The notes beneath the pieces were generated by a model. It had not been told where the DNA came from and did no database searches. It saw only the letters and a program-made list of their open reading frames with translations. Made by a program: the position numbers and the translations under genes. Of a stretch of DNA of 64,000 nucleotides, positions 23,518-36,150 are shown one piece after another. This DNA is from Rebecca billardiae RCC1528 (lineage: Eukaryota; Protista; Haptophyta), in NCBI GenBank assembly GCA_965240325.2, contig OZ251253.1:864233-928232 (forward strand), given 5' to 3'. How positions within the stretch are numbered: the first letter of the stretch is position 1; the number at the start of each line of letters is the position of its first letter.

Positions 23518-24051
23518 TCACCGACTGATGCGCTCGTCGTCCGCGCCGTCGGCGTCGCGCCAGAGCGGCGTGCCGCGCCACCACGAGGTGGAGCCCGCGC
23601 CCCACGCGGGCGGCGGCCAGCGCGGCGGGTCGAAGCCCGAGCCGCCGAGCGGGTTGCAGCGCGCGATGCGCCACGCGGTCAGCACCGTGCCGCGGCGCGC
23701 GCCAAACTGCTCGTACGCCTGCAGCCCGTACGAGGAGCAGGTGGGCTGGAAGCGGCACGCGCGCGGGAGCACGGGCGAGATCCACTCCTTGTAGAACCGG
23801 ATGAGCGCGCGCTCCGCCGGCGCGCGCCCCTCGGACGGCTCGCCGGGCGTGAGCAGCGGCGGCGGCGGCAGCCCGTCCGGCGGCAGCGGCGGGGCGCGGG
23901 CACGGCGCGCGCGCTCGGCGTCGTCGCCGGGCGCGCACGCGACGGCGGCGGCGCGGCAGCCGCCGCGCACCGCCGCCGGCCGCCCCAACCGCGCGCGCGC
24001 CGGCGAGCACGCGAGCGCCGCGGCGACGACGACGACGAAGCCGGTCGCCAT
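23518..24051 (-). CDS. yidD: Membrane protein insertion efficiency factor YidD homolog with N-terminal targeting sequence
   Basis: IRFYKEWISP...CRFQPTCSSY...RIARCNPLGGSGFDP. Confidence 0.9.
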   Translation of the reverse strand: MATGFVVVVAAALACSPARARLGRPAAVRGGCRAAAVACAPGDDAERARRARAPPLPPDGLPPPPLLTPGEPSEGRAPAERALIRFYKEWISPVLPRACRFQPTCSSYGLQAYEQFGARRGTVLTAWRIARCNPLGGSGFDPPRWPPPAWGAGSTSWWRGTPLWRDADGADDERISR

Positions 24052-24236
24052 CGCGCGCGGCCGGACCGCCCGGACCGACTCGCAAAGTCGCTGCCGGAGC
24101 AGTGGGCGAACCGCCGCGTGGCCAGGCCTTGCCCGTGCCCTCGTCACAGCACGCGGCGGCGTGCATCCATCCGGCCCTGGGCCCACGCGCGCGGCGAGGC
24201 CCCCACCCCTTCCCCCGAACCCCCACGCAGCGAGCC

Positions 24237-27200
24237 ATGAGCGCCGGCGCGTCGTCGTCGGCGGACGCGGGCGTGGAGGCGGCGGAGCTCGAGGCGCTGC
24301 TGCTGCAGACGCTCGAGCCGACCACCGTGCACGCCGCCGAGCGCGCGCTGCGCCGCGCGCTCAAGGCGCCCGCGTGCGTGCAGCCGCTCGCCGCGCGCGC
24401 CGCGCACGCGGCCGACGTGCGCGTGCGCCAGGTGGCGGCGGTGCTGCTGCGCCGCGCGGCGCGCACGCACTGGGAGCGGCTCGAGGCGGCGCCGCGCGAG
24501 GCCGTCAAGGCCGCCGTCCTCGCGCGCCTCGGCGCCGAGCCCGAGGGCGCGGTCGTGCGCGCGCTCGCCGCGGTCGCGTCCGAGATCGGCGCGGCCGAGC
24601 TGCCGCGCGCGGGCTGGCCCGAGCTGCTCGGCTTCCTCTCGGACGCGGCGCAGGCGGCGGCGCCGTTCGCGCGCGAGGTGGCGATGCTCGTGCTCACCGA
24701 GCTCTTCGAGCAGCCGCACGGCTGGCGCTGGTTTGCGCCGCACCTGCCGCAGCTGAGCGGCGTGCTGCGCGGCTGCCTCGCCGACGCGCACGGCCCCACG
24801 CGCGTCGCGACGCTGCGCGCGGTGGGCGCGCTCGCGACGGGGCTGCTGCAGGCGGAGGACGAGGCGGGCGCGGCCGCGAGCGCCGCGCTGCGCGAGCTCA
24901 TCCCCGTCGCGCTCGACGTCTCGCGCCAGTGCGCCGCCGCGCTCGGCGGCGCGGGCGGCGGCGGCGCCGAGGCGGAGCAGCTCGAGCGCTCGCTCTCGAC
25001 CGCGCTCGAGATGACGACGGAGGTGCTCGAGTCGGGGCAGGGGGCGCTGGTGCGCGAGAACGTCGAGCGGATCTCGGGGCTCTGCCTCGCCCTCGCCGCC
25101 GCGCCCGAGTGCCCCGCCTCGGTGCGCGTCGTCGCCTTCCACGCGCTGTGCACGCTGTGCGCGCGCCGGCGCAAGCTCGTGGGGCGCAGCGCCGCGCTGC
25201 TCGAGGCGCTCGCCAACCTCGCCGCGCAGGCGGCGGCGGCGGACGAGGAGGAGGACGAGGCGGAGGAGGAGGAGGAGGAGGGCGGCGGCGAGGGGGACGA
25301 CGACGACGACGAGGACGACGAGTACGCCTCGCGGCACAAGCTCGGCTGCCAGCTGCTCGACACGCTCGCGTGCTCGGTCGAGGTGCGCCGCGGCGCCCGC
25401 GCTGCGCACCCGAGCGCGGCGGAGCGCGCGCGGCTCACGCTGCGTCCCCCCCCCCCCCCCCCCCCCGCTTCGCGGCGCCGCCCGGCGCAGACGAAGCTGA
25501 TCATGCCGCACGTCGACCGGCTGCTCGGCGCGTCGCTCGCCGCCGCGGCCTCGGACGCGCGCGCCGCGCGCGCCGCGTGCCTGATCGTGGGCATGGTGGC
25601 GGAGGGCTGCGCCGCGCCGATCGGCCGCAGGCCCGCGCGCCTCGCGCAGTTCGTCGCGCCGCTGCTCGCCGGGTGCGCGCACGCGGACGTGCGCGTGCGC
25701 GAGGCGGCGGCGCTCGGGATCGGCGAGCTCGCGCGCCACGTGGACGCGTCCAAGCTGCTGCCCGCGCACCTGCAGCACATGGCGCGCGCGCTGTGCGCGG
25801 TGATCGACGCGGCGAGCGCGTCCGCGGCCGCGGCGCGCGGCAAGGCGGGCGCGCGCGCGCTCGACCGCTGCTGCTACGCGCTCGAGGCGCTGTGCGACGC
25901 GGCGGCGGAGGACGGCAACGCGCACGTGCGCCTGCTGGGCGACGTCGCGCCCGAGCTGCTCGGCCGGCTGCTCACGCTCGCGCAGCAGCCGCGCGCCTCC
26001 GCCGCCGCGCGCGCGGCCGCCGTCTCGTCGGTCGCGTCGCTCGTCGGCTCGGCGCCGGGCGCGCTCGCGCCCGAGCAGCACGCGCACGCGCTGCGCTGCC
26101 TGGGCGCGCTGATGGGCGAGACGCGCGCCGCGCTGCTGCCGCTCCGCGCGCGCGCCACCGAGTGCGTCGGCCTCTGCGCGCGCGCGCTCGGCGCCGACGG
26201 CTTCCGCCCGCTGCTGCCCGACGCGTGCGCGGCGGCCGCGCGCGGGCTCGGGCTGGGCTCGCACGACGTGCGCGAGTACACGTTCACGCTCGGCGCGCAC
26301 CTCGCGGCGCTGTACGCGGAGCAGCTCGACGCGGGCTTCGTGCGCGCGCTCGTGCCGCACCTGCTCGCCTCCGCGCGCGCCGACGAGATTGTCGAGCGCG
26401 GCGGCGGCGGCGACGACGGCGACGACGACGGCGCCGAGGGCGAGGCGGATCTGGAGGACGAGGCGGAGGAGGAGGACGAGGAGGAGGCGGCCAAGCGCGC
26501 GTACGGACTGCACTCGGGCGTGCTCGACGAGAAGGCGGCGGCCGCCTTCTGCGTGGGCGCGCTCGCGCGGCACTGCGCGGCGCAGCTGGGCCACGCGCAC
26601 TGCATGGAGCTGCTAACCGCGCTGCAGGGCGCGCCGCCCGCCGCCGCGGGCGGCGTCGCCGTGAGCGGCGAGGCCGAGGACGAGGACGACGGCGCGTGCT
26701 GCGACCACTTCCACGAGCACGTGCGCCACGCGGCCGCGCGCGCGCTGCCCGCGCTGTGCGCCGCGGCGGTGGGCACCGCGCCGGACGCGGCCGCGCGCGC
26801 GGCTGCGGAGGGCGCGGTGCGGCGCGTGAGCGTGCCCAAGCTGGTCTCGCTGCTCGACGACGAGGACGCGGACGTGATGGTGGCGAGCGCGCGCGCGCTC
26901 GTCGCGCTCGGCAAGCGGCTGGGGGCCGACGTGTACCGCGAGCAAGGCGGCGGCGGCGCGCCCGCGCTCGAGCGCGTGGTCGCCGCGCTGGACGGCATGC
27001 TGCGCGGCGTCGCGCCATGCCAGGCGCTCGGCGCCGCGCTCGGCGGCGCCCTCGCCAAGCCGGGCGGCGGCGGCGGCGCGGACGACGAGGACGAGGAGGG
27101 CGAGGGCGAGGGCTGCGAGGACGCGGTGTGGGAGGCGGCGGCCGCGCTGCTCAAGGGGCTCGGCGCCCTGCTCGGCGACGCGTGGGCGCCCGCGTTCGAG

Positions 27201-28033
27201 CGGCTGCTGCCGCTGCTCCTCGCGCGCGCGGCGTCGTCGCTGCCCGTGCACGAGCAGGGCATGGCCATCGGCGTGCTCGCCGAGGCCGTCGAGCAGCTGC
27301 CCGCCGAGCGCGCGCGCGCGCACGCGCCGACGCTGCTGCCGCTCGCGCTGCGCGGCGCGACGCACGCGCTCGCCGCCGCGGCCGGCGAGGACGAGGACGA
27401 GGACGACGGCGCGGACGACGCGGCGCAGCTCGTGCAGAACTCGGTCTACCTCGCCGGCGTGCTCGCCGCGCACGGCGGCGACGCCGTCGTCGCGCAGCTG
27501 CAGCCGCTGCTCCTCGCGCTCCGGCACATGCTGCAGCGCGACGCCGCGCCCGCCGTGCCGCCGCGGCTCACGGACAACGCGCTCGGCGCGCTCGCGCGCG
27601 TGCTGCGCGGCAGCGCGGCGCTGCTGCCGCTCGAGCAGATCGTGCCCGTGATGGTCGGCGCGCTGCCCATCCGCGAGGTGCGGCGCGCCCGCAGCCCGCC
27701 GCCCCCGCGCGCGCGCGCGCGCGCGCGCGCGCTGACGTGTGACACGTGTGCGCCGCGCAGGACTTCCGCGAGAACGACGTGACGCTGCGCACGCTCATGG
27801 CGCTCTTCGCCGACGCGGGCACGGGCGCGGCGCTCGCGCCGTTCCGCGAGGCGTTCGTCGGCGCGCTGCGCGGCGTCGTGCACACGGCGGACGAGGCGGC
27901 GGCCGCCGCGGCCGCGCTGCCCAAGCCCGCGTGGGACGACGGCGAGGACGAGGACGAGGACGAGGAGCAGCGCGAGCACCTCACGCACCAGCTGCGCGCG
28001 GACGTGCTCGCCTTCCTCGGCGGCGCGGCGTGA
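24237..28033 (+). CDS. Importin-beta family HEAT-repeat karyopherin, importin-4/Kap123-like; exons 24237-25382, 25491-27677, 27761-28033
   Basis: IBN_N-like VRQVAAVLLRR, WPELL, VREYTF, LDEKAAA, DNALGALAR, LPIRE|DFREN across an intron; acidic loops; GT-AG introns at 25383-25490 and 27678-27760. Confidence 0.88.
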
Positions 28034-28399
28034 GCCGGCGGCCAGCCGCCGCGGCGGCACGCCGAGCCACGCGGCGCGGCGGCCGCGCCGAGGCGTTGTC
28101 CGCGAGCTAGCGCCGGCGGCGGCGCGCCCGCCAAGGTGACTGCCGCTGAGACTCGCGGCCCCGAGGTACCAGGTAGGGGGTGAAAATCCCATTTATTATT
28201 TCTGGCGCCTGTCCGGGCGGAAAATCCGGCTGCTCAGATCTGACCGGGCCGGCGTCGTAATTATATTACGACATCATCTTAGACTTATTACTCGTCGTCA
28301 TCGACATCGTAGTTTATTCGCTCGCGGTAGTACGCAGAGTCATATGAACGGCCATCCACGAATCTGCTGCAGACGCACACATGGTGAGCACCGCAGCCG

Positions 28400-31300
28400 C
28401 CGTCCCAGCGCGTGGCACTCTGATGGCCAAAGCTGCCCCCGCCCCGGCCCCCCATCTGACGCTCGGCCAACCTGTACCTGGTCGTGCGCACGCACGCGCG
28501 TGCGCGCTCGCTGCCTCGGCGCAGGAGTAGCTGCGCGCGGCGTGGCGTAATTCGCGGCCGCCGGGCGTCGCGGCTCGGGCTGCACCGGCCTGGCAGGCGG
28601 GGCTCGCGCCGACGAGCAGCAGCCTGCGCACTGCGGTTTCGCGCGGGGGTGCGTGCTGCGCGCGCGGACTGTCCTCTTGCCCGCGGCTGCACGCACGCTC
28701 TGCACCGCGCATGCCGCTGCATGGTGCGTGGCGGCTCTCCGAGGCTGCGGCGGGCGTCGGACGGCGGCGCGGCCGCGCGCAGGGGGCGACGCGCGCATGG
28801 CACCCCACTGCCGTCCGAGCGCCTCGCACCGTTCGAAGCTGCCCCCGCCCCGGCCCCCCATCTCAGCCTTCGTTCAAACTTCACCTGGTGCGCGCAGGGG
28901 GCCGCAGCCAGGCCAGGTTGCTCATCGCGCGCGCGCGCCGCCCAGCCCGCGCGCGTACTGCAGTGCAGCCGGTCGCGCGCGAGCGCGCCTCGCGCGGAAG
29001 GGGCGGGCGCGCCTTGCCATGGCGCGAGCGCGTGGCGGCCGAGACGCGCACACTCGAGCGCGGGCAGCGCGTGTCGGCGCTGGCGCCAGCACTGGCACGG
29101 GCATTGCCCTGGGCCGCCGCGCGCGCAGGTCGCCCTCTCGTGCGGCTCCTAGGTCGGCGGGCTGGGGGGCCGCCAAGGGGAGCGACGCGCTGCGCGACGT
29201 CGTGCGAGGGATGGACTCTCCATCCACCTCGTCGCGCGCTCGACCGCCCCTCCGTGCGCGGCGGGCGCGTGGCCGCACCCAGCCGGCAGCGCGCGCGCGG
29301 CCGAGCCGGGCCGGGCCGAGGGGCCGGCGGCGCGCTCGCGCCAGGGGCGCAGACGCAAAGGCTACGGGTGGGGCGGTGCGAGCCAGCGGGGGCACGCTGG
29401 GCGTACGCTGCGCAGCGGCGCGTGGCGCCGCTCGCGCACCACTGCGCCGGCGGGGACGTGCGCGCCTTGACCGTCCGCCTTGACTCCGCCGGCGGGGACG
29501 GGGCGCCGCCATGCTTGCGGCCGAGGGTCTTGATGGCCTTTTGTTTTTCCGCGCTCGCTGTACGCCCAAAAAAAACCCGGCGGATGTTCAACTTCCCCCC
29601 GGCACCACCAATCAAACAAGGCGCCCGGACTTCGCCAAAACCGGCGGCCTGTACGCCCAAAAAACCCGGATGTTCAACGTCCTCCCGGCACCACCAATCA
29701 AACAAGGCGCCCGGACTTCGCCAAAACAGGCGGCCGATAAATTTCACAGGAAAAACCTGAAAAAAGCCTTGCGCGCGGTGCCGACTGACTTGCGGCCGCC
29801 TGCGCCATCCACGATGCCGTCGACACCACTTCCATCGTCCCGCTGGGTCTTGGGCTCCCTTTGCAGACAGACGGGCGCAACGGCGGAGGGTGTCGGCGGG
29901 TCGGCAAGGCGCGCACGTGCAGGTGCGCGCTCCTCGCCCTCCACGCGCACGTGCGCGCTCGCTGCCTCCGCGCAGGACCAGCTGCGCGCCGCGTGACGGC
30001 TCGCGGCCGCCGGGCGTCGCGGCTCGGGCGGCAGCGGCCTGACAGGCGAGGCTCGTGCCGACGAGCCGCAGCCTGCACACCGCGGTCTCGCGCGGGGTGC
30101 GTGCTACGCGCGTGGGTTGCCCTCCCGCTCGCCGGCCGCACGCACGCTCTGCACCGCGCATGCCGTTGCGGTGAGCGGCGGCTCTCAGAGGCTGCGGCGG
30201 GCGTCGGACGGCGGCGCGGCCGTGCGCAGGGCGTCCTACTGCCGACCCAGCGCCTCGCACAGGTCGAGGCTGCCCCCGCCCCGGCCCCCCATCTCACCCT
30301 CCGTCCATCCTGCGCCTGGTGGGCCGCGTAGTGAGCGGCAAGCATCAGGGCGCTCCTCATTGTGTGTGAGCGCCAGCTCATCTGCGCACGGCCGTCCCAC
30401 TGCGGTGCGGCTGGGCGCGCGCCTCGCGTCGACGGAGCGGGCGCGCCTTGCCGCGGCGGCCGAGACGAGCACTGTCGAAGCACTGTCGAGCTCGATCATC
30501 GTGGCGGCGAGCAGCGGTCGTGGCTGGCGTAACACGCCGGCCCAGCCCGCCCCCGCCCCCGCGCCCCCATCCTCCACCCGCGCGCGCCATCACGGCCGCG
30601 CCGCGCACGCGGCTGGGTGCCGCCGCTCGCGCGCGCGCCTAGGTTAGGGCGGTCTGGGCGGGCAGGCGGCGATGGCGGGCGTCTCTCGGCGGGCCTTGGC
30701 TGCGGCGGGCGCATCGTCTAGTCAAGCAGCAGTCACCCGCGCCCGCGCCCGCCGCCGCCGTTTGTAGTCTCAATCTGATTTTGCCGCCGCGCACTGGAGT
30801 GTTGCTGCGGGCGTGGTGCGCAGCAGCCGACCCAGCGCCTCGCACCGGTCGAAGCTGCCCCCGCCCCGGCCCCCCATCGTCCACCTCGTCCTATCTGACT
30901 CCGGTGAGCAGCAGCTGCTGAATGCCCAGCATACGCCCTTGCTGCCCGTGCGCAGGAGGCTGAGCCGTGCGGTGCGTGATGGCTGGCGGCCCGCGACTGG
31001 CGTCGCGCTCGGCGTACGTGAGGCGAGTCGGCGGGCAGCCTGCGCACCACGGGTTGGCGCGCGGCACTGGCGTGCTACACCGAGACGAGACGACACATGC
31101 GCGCCCACGCCCGCGCTGCCTGCAGCACCGGCCGGATGCACCGCTGGTGCGTTGCCACACTCAACGGCAGCAGCTGCCGGCGGTCCGGTGCGGGATGCCA
31201 CGTGCGCGCGCGCGCGCTCGGCGCGGCGGCTGTGGCGGGCCGGCGGAGGGCGCAGGAGTGCGCGATGGAATGACTGCAATGCTCCCACACCACTGCGCGG

Positions 31301-34300
31301 GGCCGCGTGTGCGCGCTCGCGCGCAGCGCGCTCTCTCCTCGTCAGCGTGCGCACTGCTCGGTGGGCGTGCGGTCGTGCCCGAGGTGCAGCGCTTGCGTTG
31401 GGCGCGGCGGCGCGGGCGGGTGCGCACCGGGCGCCGCGTGCGGTATGCGTGCGCGGAGGCCCTCGTGCCCGCGCGACGGCGCGCGCGGTCGACCTGGCAT
31501 CGCGGGAAGAGGCATGGCTCCTGACGATGCAGTCTCGCTGCGAGGCGGCGGGCGCCGCCATCGTCCTGCTCTGCGCCTTTTTCCTTCCCGCGCATTTCGC
31601 GACGCTCCGTTTTGTTTTTGGTTTTCTTTCTCGCCGGCGCGGTCCGCTGTCCACGATGGCCGACCAGCCTTTCCGCACGGGCGCACGAGCACGTCGCCTC
31701 GCCGCAGCGACGGGCGCGGCAAGAGGGCGCGAGGGCGCGCTGCGCGGCGGGCACGCGGCGTGCAACGCGTATGCATCGTGTCCAGCTCACCGCGAGGTGG
31801 CTCGCACGCTGCCGTTGCGAAGGCGCGGCCGCGGCGACGGCTCGCGGTCGGCATTGCGCTCGCGTGATGCGGCCGCGCGTGAAGCGGGCCGGCGCGCGGC
31901 CGGCGCCCCACGGGCTGGCGGGGAGCGCCGGGTAACACCCACCTGGCCCGTGTCGCGCACGCGCGCGCGCGCGCTGCCCACCGCGCCGGCCAGGGGCGCG
32001 GTGGGAATGTTGCCACGCGCGGCGGCCCGGGGGACGGTCGGGACCGGCCGCCCGCCAGTCGCGCGCGCGCGCGCGCGCCCGGCGCGCGGCGCGCGAGCGG
32101 AGTGCGCGTGCGTGCGCGAATGGCCGATGGCGCTGCGCCCGCGCCACTGCGCGGGGCTGCGTGCGCGTACCCGCGCGCGGCCTGCTCCCCTGTGGACGGC
32201 GTGTGCACGCACGGCTCTGCATGCGACCGCCGTGGCGCGGCGCCCGCTGCCCGGGGACGGTGGCGACGGCGGGTGCGCGCCGGGCGCCGGGTGACGCGTC
32301 TTCGCTGCGGCGCGCGCCTCCTCGGCCCGTGCGCGACCGCGCGCGCCTGCCGCCGTTGCGCGAGCGGAGCGGCGAAGGCGCCCGCTCGCGCCCGGAGGCG
32401 ATGCCGCCATCGCCCATCGCTCTTCCGTACCGGGCTTGGCGGCGCTGACGAAACGAATCCGTGTGGTCGTCTGGGCTTCCTTTCCGCGGAGCAGCCAGCA
32501 TGGCTGCCGAGGCGGCGGTTGGCACGTTGCTTTTTGTCGTTGGCGCTCACGGCACGCTCACGGCCGCGCGGCGGCGTGCGGCGCGAGCGCGTGCTCGCAC
32601 AGTCGGCGAGTCGCGCGCTGCACCGCTGCTCGAGACAGCGAGTGCCACCGCCGCGCAGCAGCGTCGCATCAAAGAGCGCCGCAGCCAAGCGCGCGGCCCG
32701 CTGAGTGTAACGGCTTCCTGCCCGCCGCCGGCGCGCGCCGACTGCGAGCACGCAGGGCTCGGCGCGTGCGCGCCCTCCGGTGCCAGGCCGCGTCATGCGC
32801 ATCGTCTAGCCAAGCAGCCTTCGCCCGCGCCCTCGCCCGCCGCCGCCATTGTAAGTAATCTCAGTTGCCGTGCACCCTGCGCATTGCGTGCCGACCGGCG
32901 CGGTAGCTGCTGGCCACTGCCTTCCGGCCGGCGAGGTGCGATGAACCGCGGCGCAGCACGCGGGGGTCTAGCCGAGCGCGAGGCGTGGGAGCCCCCGGGC
33001 TGCCCGCACGAGGGCGCGTGCGGCGACCGCGAGCCAGGCTCGGGCTGTGGCTGCAGGACCGAGGCTAGTGCGTCCGGAGCCGTGCCGGCTGCGCCAAGCG
33101 CTCGCCGCATCGCGCCCCGTGCGGCTCAGCCGGGCCCGCCTGACCTCGGCGCAGCATGCGGCGCCGCGGCCGAGGTCGAGGCATGACGCCCAGCGGCTTG
33201 TCTGCGCGCGCCCGCACTGGCTGCCCGTGCGCCAGGCTCGGGCTGTCGCAGCAGTATCGACGCTGCGCCCGGGGCAGCGCGCGCGGCGGCCGTCGCCGGC
33301 TGTCCATCGCGCGCCCGCGCGGGCGCGACGGCAGCGCGTGGGGTGGGCAGCGAGCCAGCCGAGCGAGCGCAGCGCATGCTCGGTCGGCAGCGTGAGGCGC
33401 GAGCGCGTCGCGGCCGTGGCTGGCGCAACACACCAGCCAAGCCTGCCCCCGCCCCGCGCCCCCATCTCCCACCTCGTCCGAGCTGCTTCCAGTGCGCGCC
33501 ATCAGGGCCGCGAGCGGTCTACGCGCAGCTGCTGCATGCCGCTGGTCGCGCACGCGCCTCACGTCGAAGGCGCGGCCGCCCCTTACACGTGGCGATCGAG
33601 ACGAGCACACTCGAGCGCGGTCAGCGCGGGTCGGCAGTGGCGAGCAGCGGGAGAACAGTCTCTATGTTGAACGGCCGCGCACGCCGCCGGGCCGAGCTCT
33701 GCGCGCAGGCTTGGCAGCTGTTTATGCGTTGCTGACGGGCACCGCGCACTGCGCGGCGTCGTGCAAGCGACGGAAACGCGAGTGCATCCCCCCAGTACGC
33801 GCGCTCGACCGCTCGGCAGTGCACCCGCGCGGCCGCGCGCGGCCGGCAGCGTGTGCGTGGCAGCGCGGCCGAGCAAGGTTGGCTGGCAGTGCGCTCGCGC
33901 CACCGCGATGGCCGCGCGTGGGACGCGGCGAGCTGGCCGAGGCGCTCTGGGCGCACGCTTCGACGGCGCGTGGATCCTCTCGAGCACCACTGGGCCGCCG
34001 TGCGCGCGCACGCGACGCGCACGACAGCCGCCCTCCGGCGGACGGCGGGGATGAAGTGCGGCCATGCTGACCTTTGATGCCGGATTTCTCGCCGCCTGGA
34101 ATATCGCGGTTGGTTACCTTTTTCGCGCGACGTGACCGTTGGTCGCGGCGCCGCGCGATTCAGCATGGCCTCTCCCCACGCTGGGCGGACAAGACTGACG
34201 CCGATGGCTTCTGCCTTTCTGGCTGGCTCGGTGCTGTGGCGCCAAGCGTGGCGCAGCACGGCATGATTGTGTGCGGGCGATCTGACCACTTGGACGGCCG

Positions 34301-36150
34301 AGTCGGTTGGTGAACGGGCCACGCCCGCGAGGGCATCCCCGCGGGCAGCAAGGGTGGTCCAGTCAGGGCGGGAGCGCGGCCGCGCCGAGCGGCGCGTCAC
34401 GGCTGCCGATTGCGCGGCTCTTGCGCGGTGGGACGTGTGTGTGAGCCCCGCCGCGCACGCTCCTGCGGCACCGAGGCTGCCGCTCCGCGCCCGAGCAGAC
34501 CGCGCGGCGCGCGCGGCGGCGCCTGCCGGGTGCTGCTGCTGCTGGCTGGGCCGCGCCGGGGAGGCGGGCCGCGCGGCCGGGCGCTGCGGACGTGGAGCGC
34601 CGCAGCCGGCCCAGCGCCTCGCACCGGTCGATGCCGCCCCCGCCCCGGCCCCCCATCTTACCCTCCGTCAAGCCTGCGCCTGGTGGGCCGCGTAGTGAGC
34701 GCGGCAAGCAGCAGGGCCCTCATCATCGCGCGCGAGCGCCAGCTCATCTGCGCACGGCCGTCCCACTGCGGTGCGGCCGGGTGCGCGCGCGCCTCGCGTC
34801 GATGGAGCGGGCTCGGCTTGCCGCGGCGGCCGAGACGAGCAGTGTCGATGCACTGTCGAGCGCGACCATCGCGGCGGCGAGCAGCGGTTGTGGCTGGCGC
34901 AACACGCCGGGCCAGCCCGCCCCCGCCCCCGCCCCCCCATCCTCCACCTCGTCCGAGCTGCCTCTGGTGCGCGCCATCACGGCCGCGCTGCGCACGCTCG
35001 CGCACGCGCCTCGCTTCGAGGGAGCGGCCGTCCCTTGCCGTGGTGCGTGGCGGTCGAGACGAGCGCACACTCCGGCGCCCATGATCACCGCGGGTCGGCG
35101 GTGGCGAGCAGGAGTCGCGCAGCCTTCATTGTCAACAGCCGCGCGCGCGCCGCGGCCGAGCTCTGCGCGCAGACTTGGCAGCTGTTCACGCGTGGCTGGC
35201 GGGCACCACGCACTGCGCGGCGTCGTGCGTGCGAGTGGCGGAGACGCGAGTGCATCCCCCCAGCAAGCGCGCTCGGCCGCTCGGCCGTGCGCTCGCGCGG
35301 CCGCGCGCAGCCGGCAGCGTTTGCTTTCAGCGCGGGCCGAGCGAGCGGGCAGTGCGCTCGCGCCGGGGGCGCAGTCGCAAGGGCTACGGGTGGGGCGGTG
35401 CGAGCCGGAGGGGGTGCACCGAGCGCATGGTGCTCGGCGGCGCGTGGCCCCTCTCGCGCACCGCTGAGTCGCGCCGAGTCGGCGTGCGTGCGCGCCGGAC
35501 AGCACGACGTCCGCCTTGAGCCCTCGAGTCTTGAACGAGGGCCGCCATGCTGGCAGACCTAGGGCTGGTTTTTTTTTTGCGTGGGTCGTCGGGCGGTCCT
35601 TTTTTCCCTCGCGCTCCCGAATTCCGTCGCTTGTTCGCGAATCAGCATGGCAGCCCGAGTTCTCCGCGGGGTGGGTCTCGCTTTGCAGAAACGGCGGGAG
35701 GTGCCGGCGGGTCAGCAACGCGCGCACGCGCGTATGCGTGCTCCTCGTCCGCTACGCGCGCGTGCGCGCTCACTGCCTCGGCGCAGGCGTAGCTGCGCGC
35801 CGCGTGGCGGCTCGCGACCGCCGGGCGTCGCGGCTCGGGCCGCAGCGGCCTGGCAGGCGAGGCTCGCGCCGACGAGCAGCAGCCTGCGCACTGCGGTTTC
35901 GCGCGGGGTGCGTGCTGCGCGCTTGGACTGTCCTCTTGCCCGCGACTGCACGCACGCTCTGCGACGCGCATGCCGCTGCGGGGCGTGGCGGCTCTCCGAG
36001 GCTGCGTTGGGCGTCGGACGGCGGCGCGGCCGCGCGCCGGGGGCGACGCGCGCATGGCACCCCACCGCCGTCCGAGCGCCTCGCTCCGGTCGAAGCTGCC
36101 CCCGCCCCGCCCCCCCATCCCACTCTTCGTCCAGCCTGCGCCCGGTGCGC
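28400..36150. repeat. Patchwork of degenerate direct repeats (~1.4-1.5 kb unit remnants), subtelomeric
   Basis: ~28495-28875, ~29945-30310 and ~35755-36135 are similar; ~29280-29530 matches ~35310-35560; ~30245-30610 matches ~34605-34990. Recurrent anchor GCGCCTCGCACCGGTCGAAGCTGCCCCCGCCCCGGCCCCCCATC. Confidence 0.8.
29558..29735. repeat. Two-copy ~90-bp tandem duplication
   Basis: CTGTACGCCCAAAAAA...GGCACCACCAATCAAACAAGGCGCCCGGACTTCGCCAAAAC occurs twice. Confidence 0.9.

Noticed and set aside
4094-27742. Very long Arg/Ala/Gly-rich ORFs overlapping real genes (e.g. 4094-7894, 19347-23198, 23801-27742)
   Set aside because: Shadow frames caused by stop-codon scarcity at very high GC.
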